Shown here one piece after another: positions 13,126 through 27,810 of a stretch of 64,000 bases of DNA. Position numbers and translations under genes: made by a program. This DNA is from Chrysomallon squamiferum (taxonomy: Eukaryota > Animalia > Mollusca), in NCBI GenBank assembly GCA_012295275.1, contig CM022671.1, forward strand, positions 20,522,001-20,586,000, written 5' to 3'. Each line of letters starts with the position of its first letter. Position 1 is the first letter of the stretch. Below the pieces are notes generated by a model, which saw only the letters and a list, made by a program, of their open reading frames with translations, did not search any database and was not told where the DNA came from.

Positions 13126-16100
13126 TTGGATGCATATTTTACACCAATAATTTTGTGTCTGTGTCAATAAGTCTGTGTCTGGCATATGCATAGATACATA
13201 CATAAATACATATATACATATATACACTCAATATGTTGAATGCACTCAAAATTATTGATGTAAAATATGTCCAAATTTTTAAAAGGATCTAATTAGCTTT
13301 TTTTTTCAAAGATCAAAATAAGCCTATATAAAAAAAGAAGAAAAAAAGTATGTGAAGAACAATGGAACAAATTATAAATTTTAAACATGCATATCTTTTC
13401 TTTAAGTGGATATAAATTATTTATCAGTTCATTATAATACTGTTTTATTTTATTGCACTGTACCTTGTTGACAGCTTTATTCAGATACTTTTCTTTTATT
13501 ATGATCGTAATAAATACATTGTAACATGTTTTCATATGTTGATGCATATCTCTGTATATAACATGTAAGTGTAAATTAAACATTTTATACATACAGATGT
13601 GTGTGTATATTTGTTTGTATCTGAAAGTCATGAAATGAACCCATCACTAAATTGTGTCATATAAGTGAATTTCACAACATGGCATAACCTGTCAATGAAT
13701 AATTTTTTATAAACTGTACCAGTTAGTCTTTTTTACATCATATCAAAACTAAAAAGGTTTACAAATGTATACATGTACTTAAATCATATATTTATATTTT
13801 ATATATGCTGTTAATCATAAAATGAACTGATCACTAATAGTTCCAATTAAGGCAAAATGACGAATGAAATAAACTGACAATGAATATATATGTATAATCT
13901 GTATCATAGCATCTTTTACATCAGATCAGAACTAGAAAGACTTGAAACATTGGAGGACACATAGCTGATCTTAAACCCATTTGGTAAATGTCAGCATTTT
14001 CCAATAAAAACTGCAGCATGAAGATTTCGCTGAATGCTGTACACACTTAAGTGGCATCTTGAATTTAATCTTCTTGCAAGTTCATTTCAGTTTATTCAAT
14101 TTACTTTCATGCTTCTGTTCAACCAAGGTCCAAGCAGGCTGACCAGGCAGTGTAATCTAAAGATCAGTACGAACTGACCAGGTCAGTTTTTGATTGGATG
14201 ATATCTGATTAATGAAAAAAAAAAAAAAAAAAATGAAAGAAAGAAAGAAAATGTTTGAATAATACATTGAGCAGTAGGTGGGAGTTGTTTCATACTTGGG
14301 TTGTATACTGATTGGTAAAGGAAACTACTGTGACCCAAACTTTTTGATACAAATAAAAAAAAGTGCTATATAAAAAAAATTATTTGTTTTTATTAAAATC
14401 AGTTTTAAAAATATCAGTCTTAGAAGATAAGAAGAAGTTAATGCTTGTGATTTTTATGTAACATAAAGCAAAGGGGTTGTTTTGGGTTTTTCAAATTTGT
14501 AATTACATATCCTCTATATATTAATACCATAACTGAAAATTATTTATTGTTTGAGGCACATGATACTTAATAAGACTTTTCACTCTGTTACTCATTACAC
14601 CAAATTTAAACCAAAATATCCAAACACCAAAAACTATTTTTCTTGTTCATTTAATTTTAAAGTGATTTTTTTGATTTTTTAAAATTCACCACCACATTCT
14701 GCCTTGTACCAGATAACTGCATCTACCACTCACCGGGGTAAAAGGTTAGCATCCATGTTAATTACTGGTACTGCAGTGTAATTTGCTTGATCATCAAATT
14801 TAATAATTACATTCAATTGTTGGGGGAAAAAGCCTTTCAATAGAATGGATTGAGCTGTACTGGAATGGCTGATCGATCAGGCAACACAATATGTCGGGTT
14901 CTGTTCACAGGAAAGCAATTAATTGCATGCTACCTCTTGAAGAGAAAGATCTGAGGTTTGCAATAAGTCCATTCTCTGCCATTGTTGGAGAAGTAGGGGT
15001 GCCATCTTTGCCAGACAAATTAAGATGCATTTGATGGTTCTACATTTTGCTCTCACACCTTTTAACTTTGACACTCCATGATATTGATACTGAAAAACAG
15101 AAAAAAAAAAAAAAAATTTCAGACATACTGGGCTTTTTAAAAATTGTATTTTGATTTGTTTTTGGTTTTTTTAAATTTTATAAAGTGGATTGTGGTTTTA
15201 TGTTAAAATGAAATGAACAGAAAAAAAATGGTGACAACAAAAATAAATTAAAAATGTTTTTATTTTAAATTAGTTTGGGTTGTTTTATGTAAAGAAATTA
15301 ATATAAAAAATTGGGATAATAAAAATAAAAGTGAAATTCAGACAAATAAACTTAACAAACAGAAAAAAACCAAGAAAAAAACAACAACAACCAAAGACAC
15401 AACCTTAAAACCACAAATACATTTGATATGTTGTGTTTATATATTTGTGTACATATGTCTGTATGTATATATATATATCTGTATCATGTTAGGTGTATGT
15501 ATATTTTGTCATTTTTCAAACTTTTCTCAACAACTTAAATAAAACAATCAGTAAAATGAAAAGTTACTGTCCAGGCAAATTTCATCTTAACTGGCTCATT
15601 GAACATTGAATTATTTATTGCATCTTTCAGTTTAGTATGAAATAATTATGCTAGATATTAAGAGAAACATATGTTTTTGTTTTGTTTTTAATTAGATAAA
15701 ATGTGAGAAGCATTATCCAAATGGATTGAATATTATTCACAGTTTTTATATATATGTTTTGTTATAATTAAATGTGTATTTTTTTATTTATGTATAGACT
15801 TTTGAGGTTGTATTATATTTCTTTTTTTTTTCTTTTTTTTTTTAAATAAAAGATTGTCTGGATAATGATGATGCTGATAATAATAATGATTATGAGTATG
15901 ATAATGATGATATAATAATAATTAAGAACAATACTAATTGTAATAGTGAAAATACTATAACAGGTTCTTCAAAATTATTACAAGTACTGCTGTTACTACT
16001 TCTACTAGTTCAGCTACTGCTATTACTACTGATACTACTATTACTGAAACAGGATATTTATGGAATGAATCTTGAATTGTCAATCCCTAAACCAAATAGC

Positions 16101-16928
16101 ATATAGATCAAGTTGAGGCATGTATAACATTCGGTATTCGTAGCTAATTATAGAACCAAAATGTCATGCACACAGTCACTTTCACAAGCAAATGACCATG
16201 TCCACCACGAGGCCATGCTTCCATGACAGGTATAAAATAACAATAATAATTTCAAGTGGCAGTATATGCAGCAGTTGTGAACTGTAGAATAGTGCAGTCT
16301 CTGAAGACGAAGGTGTTCTATTCACATCCTCAGTAGTAAATAAATTATAATTGAATTGTTGTTGTTTCACAAGATGCCAAGGGAATAAAACAAATGACAA
16401 AACATGACTGGGTCGGATAATGTTAACATGAAATTATAAACAGTTCTTCAGAGCAGGCATGTGTATGTACATAGTGACACATATATGTTTAATGTGCTGC
16501 AGTACAAAACAGACACCAGAATATGAACACAAAGACAGAGACACATTAATATACAACATGTACATTGAATTTAAATGCAGATATTTATACATGCATTATT
16601 TATTCGTTCTTGCATATTATATTCATGCATGTTTACACAAACACATTTGCATGCACACATATATACACATCTATAGACATACATGCATAAATACATAGAT
16701 ACACATAAAAATACATACAAACACATATATATATATATATGTGCAACAAAACTTACATTTAACATGAATGTGTTCTTAACATAACATGCAGTTATAAATA
16801 TGTGTATGTCAGGTTCTGTATATATAAACTTTTTATATATATATAATATGAATATTGTATATATCTGTATATATGGTATATATAAACTTTACTTACAAAT
16901 GTTTATATGTGTATAACTGATTAAGCAC

Positions 16929-16960
<32 letters not shown>

Positions 16961-18070
16961 TATGTGTACTTTATTTGTATAAAGACACTAAGGAAAAAAC
17001 ATGTTGACTCTTGTTGATGGTGTGACTATATGTTGTCATGGTGAGACTATTATTTACTCAGTGACCTCAACACACACCTAGCACACAGTACACGTATTAA
17101 TTAATTGATATTTCCATTTGTAGTCATCACATACAGAGAAAGAATACTTCTTTTTTTTAACTTCTAGGTTTGTTTTTGTTTTTTGTCTCACTGCATTTAG
17201 GTTACAGTTAGATGATTGATTGGTATTGGATTAAATAATAAATGCAAAGGTTCTTCCATAGCATATAGGTAATGAAGTTGAAATGAGAATATTCCATACA
17301 GGTGATTTTATATATGTGTGGTGTTATATTTGTTGTGTATTTCTTTGTATTTGTATTTATAAATTTAATATCTCTAACTTCCTCTCTGGCTCTTTTTGTT
17401 TGTATGTTCTAAAATGAATTTAAATGAGTATCTTCCTTTTTCCTTCTCTGTATGTCTGTTTGGCTTATTGGCTCAGTGCAAATTTAAATTATCTTTGTTT
17501 CTTTTCCTTTCTGTCCAGTTGCCTGTTGTATCCATCTCTATATCTGTTCTTTCTTTCTGTCACTTTTTGTTTTAATGTAAATTTATAATGTCTTTCCCAC
17601 TTTTTCTCTTTCTCTGCATCTCTCTCTTTCTTCTTTCTTTTTTTTTCTTTTTCTTTCTCTCTTTCTTTCTTTAAAGAACTTTTAGTGTGGATTTTTTTTG
17701 TTGCTGTCTTATTACTTGTTTCATACTTATCAAATAAGGTGCTGCTTAAATTACTTGATATTGTAGATAAAAGTTAGCTAAGGTAAATCCATGATGATTC
17801 CTATCAGTTTGTTTTATCTAGCATTGCAGCAAAACAGAGGTTGAATTTGATACCACGAACACAAAGTTACACCTGAAATACTGACAAATGCAGATTGAAA
17901 AATAAAAATAATTCAGAAAAAATGTTTAGTGAACAGTACCTTCTTTAGAGGTTAGTCCAGAAGTACTGGAGGTGCAAAATACAGGTAACAAGAATAAAAC
18001 AAACACACATTGTAACAGGAATGCTGGTTTTCACTAAAATTGTTGTTTTAACATTGATTCAATAAAATTA

Positions 18071-18109
<39 letters not shown>

Positions 18110-19068
18110 GTAGTAGTAGTAGTAGTAGTAGTAGTTTAAAAGGGAACCAGATTTGTATGAAAATTGCTTAATTAAATGCTAAGCTTGTTGCCATGTGTCA
18201 GAGATAGGTGTAGTTTGAATGGTAGCATTATTGTTAAATATCTCTCCTTCTCTCTGACTCTCTCTCTTTCTATCTTTCTCTCTGTCAATCAATCTCAGTC
18301 TATCTATCTATCTATATCTACCTTTCTATCTATCTATATATATGAATTTTAAGATACTTGTTTGCAGAATAAATGATAACTTAATTATAATAATGGCAAC
18401 AAAACATTGGTAATATTACTCTATTTGCCTGTTAGTAATTTATTTATATATTTCTATATTTATTTAAGATGATGGTAGTAATAATAATAATAATAAATAA
18501 TTAAATAAATAATACACTTTATTATTAGAAAAGGTGAAACAAAATAATCAAACAAAATAAAACAGTAACCATGGTAACATGAAATATCAGTTTCTTTTAT
18601 GATGGTCACCAAAAAAAAGAGGGGAAAAAGGTGGATTATTTACAACATGTTGTTAATGAACTGATTTTTACCTGTTAATGAGTTGACAGAGAAAAGTGAT
18701 TAACACCATATGTGATTTTATATGGAAATCTACAGAGGCAGTTTTTAATAGGTGTGGATATTATATGATTTTGAGGATAATTTTTGAAGCGGAAAACCCC
18801 CAGAAAAAAACAACAACTTGTTGCCAGTGCTTTTCCTGTTATATAATATCCAAAGTTAAATCATACATAAGGTTTTATTTATAGGATAGTTAATCACTTT
18901 TCAAATAGTCAAATGAGGCAAACACTGTCAGATTATGTTTGTGTTAATGACAAGGTTGTAATAATTGGTTTAAGAACTGGTTAAAATACATATACACACA
19001 TGCCTAGATATGTACATACATGCATACCTACATACATATCCACATACATACCCATATATCGGCCTAAA

Positions 19069-19111
<43 letters not shown>

Positions 19112-19789
19112 AAATAAAGAACATGACTAAGAAACAATCTTTTACATGCACATACTACAGTCTTTGAAAAAAAATTGGAAACTGTTTGAAATGGGATAAA
19201 ACTTCATACTGTTGCTGAGAAATCATGACTTAAGGTTAGTGCTGTATCACTGAGCAACAAACAGCTCTTCTGGTGTTAGTGTTATATATATATATTATCT
19301 GAAAATCTTACAAAGCAATTAAACAGTTGCAAAAAACAAAAACAAACAAAAACGTTCAGATATGCAGCAATTCCCATAAACAGACTAATGTCATATGAAA
19401 ACATGTGAAAAAAAAAAGTGTATGAAAATAATCGAACTGTGCATTGTCTGTACAAGTCAACGCTGCCTAGCTTTGTTTGGTAAGCTTCTAGATTAAATAT
19501 TAATTTTTCCAAAATATACTTCATCCATTGTGTTGCACAGTTAAGCAATAATGAACACTCTGAATTATTTTCCAACATGTGTGAATGGCCATTAGTTAAT
19601 CATGTGTGAGCAGGTATTATATACTGAAGTGAATGCTGTCTTGTTGACACCAAATCTGCATTAGCAACAACACAAATCTCTGATTGATATGAACCTCAAG
19701 TCACACTCTGATCATAAACACTTGTTTCATATTACTGGCTGACTGGTTATTTGTTACTAACAATTGCAGTTTTTTTTTTAGTTTGTTTT

Positions 19790-19841
<52 letters not shown>

Positions 19842-20207
19842 CATATAATACTTATTGATAGCTTATAAAATTATAAAATTTGTTTTATTATTATTGTTTT
19901 GTTTTACTTTTGATACTTTTTTTTTTTTTTTTTTTTTTTTTTATTGGATTATAGACACAATAGATATTTAGTGGGGTAAAAAGTTTGGATGGAGGTATAT
20001 CTATTTGTATTAACAGTTTGTTACATGTTTACATCGGTTGTGTATCTTCAGAGAATCAGAATAGATGTTTATTAGGACAGCACTTTGTATGTGTATGAAT
20101 ATCCGTGCATATGTTTTTGTGTATGACAGAATGGATTGTTCAGTATATTTTTTGAATTGGCCTTTTTAAGTTTGTAGAGAAATAGAAAGAAAAAATACAA
20201 TATAAAA

Positions 20208-20238
<31 letters not shown>

Positions 20239-20917
20239 ATGAATAAAAATATAATTAATTCAAAATAATAACAAGATCATTAAACAATGATATTTATTTT
20301 TTTTTTTTCATCATGACAATATTTAACTTTTGAAAAAACAAGCTAAATATGCAACCGTATCAACAAATGTCTAAAAGAGAAATACAAAATGTTGTGCCCA
20401 AGACATGCTTTTGCTTAGATTCTCTTTTATTAAAAAAAAACTTTAAAAAAGGAAAGAAGAATTAACCCCATTTGCACTCAGCTTGGTGTTCTAAACAACA
20501 AACAGATTCTGGTTATGAAAGATTGACACGAGAATGAAATGTTAGGTTAACAACAGAAAACTTTTACTTGGAGTATGTTTGACCTTTATGACTAATACAT
20601 TGCCTAACATAATTTCATTACAGTCTGTTTGATTTTCACCATAATTTCATCATTCATTTTTCACTGGCTTAGTTCAAAAAGAACTCGTCACTGTTAATAA
20701 ATATTGACAGCATGGCATATAGTTGCTTTTCTTCTTTTTTTTTGGTTATTGTTGTTTTTTAAATGTATTTATAGATTTTTTTCTATACTGATGTTTATGC
20801 ACATATACATATACAGATATACAAACATTCATACAAACATACATATGCATGCACAAACCCATGAACATTTTGATTATTTATAGATTTTTATAATTTTCAT
20901 GGATGATACATATACAA

Positions 20918-20982
<65 letters not shown>

Positions 20983-21448
20983 CACAAAGAGAAGCACATG
21001 TTGATTTACACATTGTATGAAACTAAATTTGATATGGACAAGCCTAATTTTACAACAACAAAAAAAAAAAAAACATTAACACAAAATATTTTTATAGATG
21101 ATCTTTAATTTTATAGTAAGTAAATAATCATAATTTATTGCTTTGATAACATTTTACATAGCAAACATGCTTTTGGCTTTTGTGTATGTGATTTATTTAA
21201 TTAGAAATACACAGAATCATCTCCATGCAGATATATATATATATATATACATGCAAATGTTTTATGTATAATTGTGTGTCTGTCTTTGTTTTTAATATTA
21301 AAAAAGAGTTGTCACTGTTGTTACACATTAATCAGTTTCTTCTTTATTTCATTCTGTAAACAAATTCACTTGAATTATATATTCAATATGTATTTGTTTG
21401 TTTGTTTGTTTGTTTATTTATTTATTTACTTATTTTGTTTCTTAACAG

Positions 21449-21535
21449 CATTTTGAAAAACTAAAAGGAAAAGTCAGATTTCTGAATCATGAAGCAAGAG
21501 TTTGGTGGAAAGCAGACGTAATCAAAGAGGAAGAG
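21449..21535 (+). CDS. Internal coding exon A (87 nt, phase 0-0) of an unidentified large-intron gene; HFEKLKGKVRFLNHEARVWWKADVIKEEE
   Basis: Acceptor tattttgtttcttaacag and consensus donor GAG|gtgagt. Only one frame is open and the length is a multiple of 3. It is purine-rich complex sequence between low-complexity flanks and is in frame with exon B. Confidence 0.65.
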
Positions 21536-22859
21536 GTGAGTTTTTAAACAGATTTCTTAAATTAGAAATCATTTTTAATAGATATTTCTTTTAAATAGAT
21601 TTCTTAAATTAGAAGTAATTTTTGAATATATATTACTTTTATGTTTAGTTAGTTTTTGAATAGATTTCTTAAATTATATGTTAAGTTAGAAATAGTTTTT
21701 AAATAGATTTGTTGAATTAGAAATAGCAGAAAACTTCTGAACCTGACCTTTACTAAACCAGAATTCCCACAAATGTGAACTATTTCTAGAGTCCCACGAT
21801 TTGTTAAGTACTAAAATGTAAAACCCGGTAAAGCAAAAAGCCCTCCAGTCTAAACATTTAACTTAGTCCTAGTGTTCAGTTTCAACAAGTTTTACTGCAG
21901 TTTTTAAAGACGTTAGAAATCATAATTATGCACTTTTCAATGTGCATGTTATAGCAGAGATATTACTATTTTAAATAAATTCCAATAAAGAAAGAAAGAA
22001 AGAAAGAAAGAAGAAGAAAAAAATAATGATAGTAATAATTAATAAATAAGAAACAAAATAATAATAATGGTAATAATAAATAAATAAATAACTGGTAAGC
22101 AAACAAATAAACAACGAATAGAGAAACAAATAATAAATTAATAAATAACACATAGATAAGTAAAAAAAAAAAAAATAATAATAATAATAAATAAATAAAA
22201 ACAAAAACATATTAAAAAAACCCAATACTAACAGAAATGATAAACAAATAAATACATCAATAAATCAATCAATAAATAAATAAATAAATAAATAAATAAA
22301 TCAAACAAACAAAAACATGAGGCATCATTTGGTATGGGAAATAGCCCAACAGCAGGTCCAAGACCCAGTGAGACAGGCCTTTGCCAGCTGCTAATAACTG
22401 GACTAATATAATTAATGTGTGTACAAAGAGACTTTTCATAACTTTGTATTTAGCCAGTGACAATGGAAACCAATCACACTCTGTGTTGTAAAATATTATT
22501 AAATTGCTGACAGTTAATTTTATGTCACAGACACATTGAAGTTGATACTATACAAATAATCATCTAAGAATAAATTAGTGTTATTAAATATAACAGTAAA
22601 AATAATAATCATGTTGTAACAAGCTGGATGTCAGTCAGTTGTGTACTGCATGCAGATAATATATTAAATTTGGAAGAATTTGTAAGTTTGTGTGTGTGTG
22701 TGTGTGTTTTTGTGTTTGTCCAAAAGTGTGAATGAGCATAAATGATTTCCTATTTCTAAATGAAAAATTAATAAAATTGTTATGTGTGTGATGTTTATTA
22801 AAACATATTGTGGAACAGACACTGTATGCTTGCTAAATTATTAATGGCTATTGCATTAT

Positions 22860-23230
22860 CATCAGTATATTATTAGTTTATCACTGTATGCAGTTTACTT
22901 TCAAATACTTAAGCCATCAATTTACCAGTTTGTACATAAAACAGTACATTCTCAACAGCAGTATTTATCTTACAGCAATATATTATCAGTTTATCTTATA
23001 GCAGCGTTTTATTAATAGCAGTATATTACCAGTTTATTATATTGCAGAATACTACTATCAGCAGCATATTGCTATGGGCAGAATATTTTATATTTATCTT
23101 ACAATAGTGTATTACCATCAGCATCACATTATCAGTTTATCAAACATCAGTATATTACTATGGGCAGAATATTTTGTATTTATCTTACAGCAGGATATTA
23201 CCAGCAGCAGCATATTATCAATTTATCATA
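22860..23230. repeat. Degenerate minisatellite (agcagtatattatcagtttatctta-like units)
   Basis: The core cagtatatta(t/c)cagtttatc recurs, and tatgggcagaatatttt(a/g)tatttatcttaca is duplicated internally. Confidence 0.7.
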
Positions 23231-25673
23231 CATGAACATGTATTTGAACTGAAGTATTAAAAAATAAGTTAATTATGAATGAATAATTAAATATGCATGA
23301 CAAATTAACCAGGTCATTGCTGTTGTGTTCAGAATACAGTAACACAAGCCAAGCTGTTACTTATCTCAAACCACTACTAATATTTGATTGTTACGGTGGA
23401 CATAACTAACATTCCTCAGAATCAGCCACAACTGATTAAATACCTATTGTAATTGTCTGAATCAGATACTGGTAGTTAACAAAGACAAACAGTTGAGTAT
23501 GAATATCCTAGGTGTATGGGATTTTACATGTGTACACGATTTTTCAATGTGCTTATTCTTTTCAAACATGAACAACATAAGCTGTTGAATATCTCTATAC
23601 CTCTGTAGAATTTTTATCGGATATGTAAGAGATAATAGTCCTACCATTCAGCTGTCCGTATGTATACACTAATAAATATGTTTTGTGCTGATGTCAATTG
23701 ATGTTATAGTTTAGTTTTTATTTCGTTTTACTATTTTTATTTAATTTTATTCTTTAGTGTTTTTTTTTGTGTTTTTTTTATTTAATTATATAGTTTGTAT
23801 TTAATTTTATCAATTGGTTTTTATTTCATTTTTGTATTGTCTCTCACATTTTCAGATATTATCTGATTATTTTGTTTTGTCTCATTCATTATACATGCAT
23901 ATGCATGCACTCACACACAGATGCACAATTTTCTGATTTTAAAATAATAACACAAACTTGGATAATAATTACATTTATTTCTATTTCTGTTGCTACTACT
24001 ACAATTGCTATTACTATTACTACTACTATCACAACTATCATTTTGAAAATGATAACAACAAATTGCAATGACAACAACAATAAAAATAAGTATATAATAA
24101 ATAAAAATAAATTTCTCTTTTATTCTGACCCTGTCAAAACTGCAGTAAAATCATTAGAGAGTAAAAATAAAATTATAGACATAAAAAATTAAAAAATCAA
24201 CCTTAAGCAATGGCCTGAGGCCTAGCCACACTAAATGTTTTCTGTGTTTGTTATTGCCAGTTACCTCACTTGAGATCAATACAGTATAGAGAGTAAAATT
24301 GAGTCTGAAATTGTCTTTTGTCCAATGTCCACTGCCAGTCTCAAGTTATGCAATGATCATTATAGGCTATTGATCACAAACACTAACAGACTTGTTTATT
24401 AACAACACGATCCTGTGGCCATTACGAAATGTAGTTGCCACTAGTTAATATTCAATAGATGCCTGGTTGCCTCATTAGGCAAATCTGCCAGATGTATTAT
24501 GTAGCATTACTGTTGTTGCCAAAATGTCCGCTTACACTCTAATGGTCAGTGTTTCATTGTCTTCCTAATGCCAAAATTGGTTGGTTGTTGTAATGATGGG
24601 AGCCCAAAGTGGTGAATTCTTACCTTCAGAATATATGTGTCAATGTATAGGTATTTTCTTTTAATGAAAAAATGTAAATATTAAGTGTACAATATAAAGA
24701 TTATCCGTTGAAGAGAATTCCTGTCTGTGGTATGTATTGTTAGAAACAGTAGCTTAGTGCAAGATAATATAGTTCTTTTATATGGCAGTTTTAACAGGTC
24801 TCTATTATTGTAATTGTCTTTCCTATATTTGGTGATTATTTAATATAAAATAATTATAATTTCAGCTAATTTTTAAGTTCTGTTTGTGGCCAGAAGATTT
24901 CTTTGATACTCTTTAGATTCTTTTTTGGCACTGTAGGTATTAATGATAGAATTTTAGTCTAAATACTTGAACAAATATAACTGCTTTTACTTATAATGAC
25001 AGTCATGATTATGATTATATTTTTAATGACAAAATAATGAATTGAAAACAAATAGAAAAAGAAAAAAGCAGTGAAGGTCGGCAAAATACTAAGCAATGTT
25101 TTTGGAAGAATAATTCAAAAGTAACTTTTTAATTCATACTTTCATAGACACTTTGCATTAACACAGAAGTATAAAGCAAATAAAAAAATAGGTAACAAGT
25201 TCATTTAATTTTCTTTTTATTAACACATTTTAAAATAACCCAGGTGGTAATGTTTTTCATATAGACTTACACATTTTTAAAATAGACAGATATAAATAGA
25301 GTAAGACATCAAAGGCAACAGGTACACGACTTTGACAAGTGAAGGTGTGACCTGCACAGACTTAAAATATTACAGTTAACCCAGATAACATGCAATGACA
25401 TTGCACAGTCTTGTTAAATGAACCCACCTACTAAAGATGCTGTCACACAACTTGACTTTTAATATCAATCCATTTCACACAGTATTTTAGAGTCTGTGAT
25501 AAATGTAATGGTATTTACATTTATTTATTTATTTATTTATTTATTTTTCTAATCCACTGCACTGAATTAAAATTTTAAAAACATTATTTTGGACTTTTTT
25601 ATCTCTTAATGAAATAAATGAGAGTATATATATAGAATACTCTCATTTATTTCTATATATGCAGAATACTCTC

Positions 25674-25735
<62 letters not shown>

Positions 25736-25882
25736 GGGAACAAATAATGAAGGACAGTGTGGAAGGGACAAGAGGCCATATGTTTTATAACTGACAGTGG
25801 GAAACATGTTTTAATGGTTATGGTGAGAAGTCAGTAGGTAACACAAAGTTGTATCAGACAATACAAAACTTACTGTGTAGGT

Positions 25883-26186
25883 CAGGGGTTTTCAAACCTT
25901 TTGACTTGCGGACCCCTTTATATTTCAGGCTTTACCTTAGGGACCCCCTTATAAATGCTTATGAAATTTATAATAAATATTTGCTTAAAATAACATATAT
26001 TTTTACATTTATTTAGGATATATTAGGATATATTACAAAATTATTTACCTGTTATTTCATGCGCTCACATTTACAAATATAAGAAAAAAGATTTCGATTA
26101 AAAAACATATATAAAATCAAACTGCCTATAAAAAGTATTCACTGTCCACAGACCCCCTGTCTTGTACTTGCGGACCCCCTGTGGTT
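25883..26186 (+). mobile_element. Non-autonomous hAT (Charlie-like) DNA transposon/MITE, right end truncated
   Basis: Begins CAGGGGTTTTCAAACCTTTT, typical of hAT-Charlie terminal inverted repeats. The preceding 8 bp (gtgtaggt) have the central TA preferred by Charlie target sites. Subterminal (gc)ggacccc/agacccc motifs occur at both ends (acttgcggacccc twice) around an AT-rich interior. No right TIR is visible. Confidence 0.7.
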
Positions 26187-27810
26187 TGGTAAGAGTAAAA
26201 CAGACAGTATGATTTTGAAATAATGACATACCATATGGTTTGGTAAAAGCTTGGATAACAGTAACAGTGAAAAAAAGCACAGAAAAATACTTATTATTTG
26301 GTAATAATTACACATGGAGCCATTGTATGACTTGTAACAGTAAAAAAAACAAAAAACCTGTTTGGTTTTGGTAACAGTATGTGAGAGGCTTTATGATTTA
26401 GTAATAGTAAAAGAATTAGAAGCTGTTATAATATGGTTTGGTAATGGAGGGAAAGAGTTCACCACAACTTTTTAAAGGTTTTTTGTTTTTGTTTTATTGC
26501 ATACAAAACACCAAGGCATGAAATGTGTTGTTTGCCATCACACAGTACATGCAACTGGAAATTTGAGATTTTTTTTTTATGTTTGTGTATTTTAATCACA
26601 GTACAAGTTATAAAGCTTTTCTTTACAAGTTGTACCACAAAAACAAATTGAAAGAAAAAAATTGACTACACTATTGTTAAATCCTAATTTGATCTTCTTA
26701 ATAATAATGTGTACTGTAACAACAACAACAACAATTATAATAATAATAATAAATTTATAAAAAATTATATCACTTTTTTTTTTAACGTCACTGAGTAGGT
26801 ATGAATATTTAGTCACTGTATTGTTGTTGTGATCAGTGAAGCAGACTATATTATCTGTATTGCTGAATCATCCATCTAATTCTATACTCAATCCTTTATT
26901 TTCACACAGTGTGAAAGAGAACTATTCTTATTTTTTCACTTGATGTCAAGGTTACTTACACACTGTAATATGGCCATTCTGTCTCTGATGATTTCGAAAC
27001 CACACCCTTGGGTCATGATTTTCGCTTTATCTGAAAGTTTGTATCTTTCACTTTTCTTCTGAACTGTCAGGGACTTGTAAAAGTTACTCATTAGACACAA
27101 AAAATCCCTTTGTCATCAAAGATTTTATAATGGTAATGATGATGAATAATAGTAATAGTAGTAGTAGTAGTAGTAGTACAAATAATAATAATAATAATAA
27201 TAATAAAATAACACTAAAAATAATAATATTAGCAACAACAATAACAAGAATAGCAACAGTAATATTTTTAAAGAATACATGTTACAGGACTTTTTATATT
27301 AGATTAGTGACCTAATTAAATCCGTACAGAAAAGGAAATATTTGATTAATGACTGGATTAAGATGATACATTTGAATCTTGTTAATGATTTGGTAGTGAA
27401 TGTAAGTAAATCTAATATGCCACACAGAGATAAACAAATATTATTTTTAGAACTACAGAACCACTTAAGAATTATTTTAAGCAATGCAGCAAGAAATGAA
27501 AATTATTTACACCAATAGAGAAATGAAATAAGAATTATTTTTAGCAATACTGAACAAAATAAGAATTATTTATGGCAATGTGGTAACAAAATTAAATTGT
27601 TTAAAATAGTATACCACCTAATTTGAAATTGACAATTATAGTGCCAAATTTGTTACACGTTTCTGGCCAAGTCAAAAATTAGCTCTGTTTGAGAAAGTAT
27701 TATCAAATTTCAATTATATATGAAACTCTGTAACAAAACTGGAAGTGCAGATTATTGTTACCATTAGAGACTAAAATATCATCTAATCCAAGTTTTACTA
27801 ACACATCGTT

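Noticed and set aside
14698-14755. TCACCGGGGTAAA resembling the miR-36 family seed
   Set aside because: The putative 5p arm pairs only over cctt.tacc and not across the seed region.
15643-15666. Loose similarity to miR-1993 (aattatgctagatattaagaga); similar loose matches to miR-183/263 at ~2975 and miR-216/283 at ~57458
   Set aside because: They need indels or several mismatches and lack a pairing arm. Such matches are expected by chance in AT-rich DNA.
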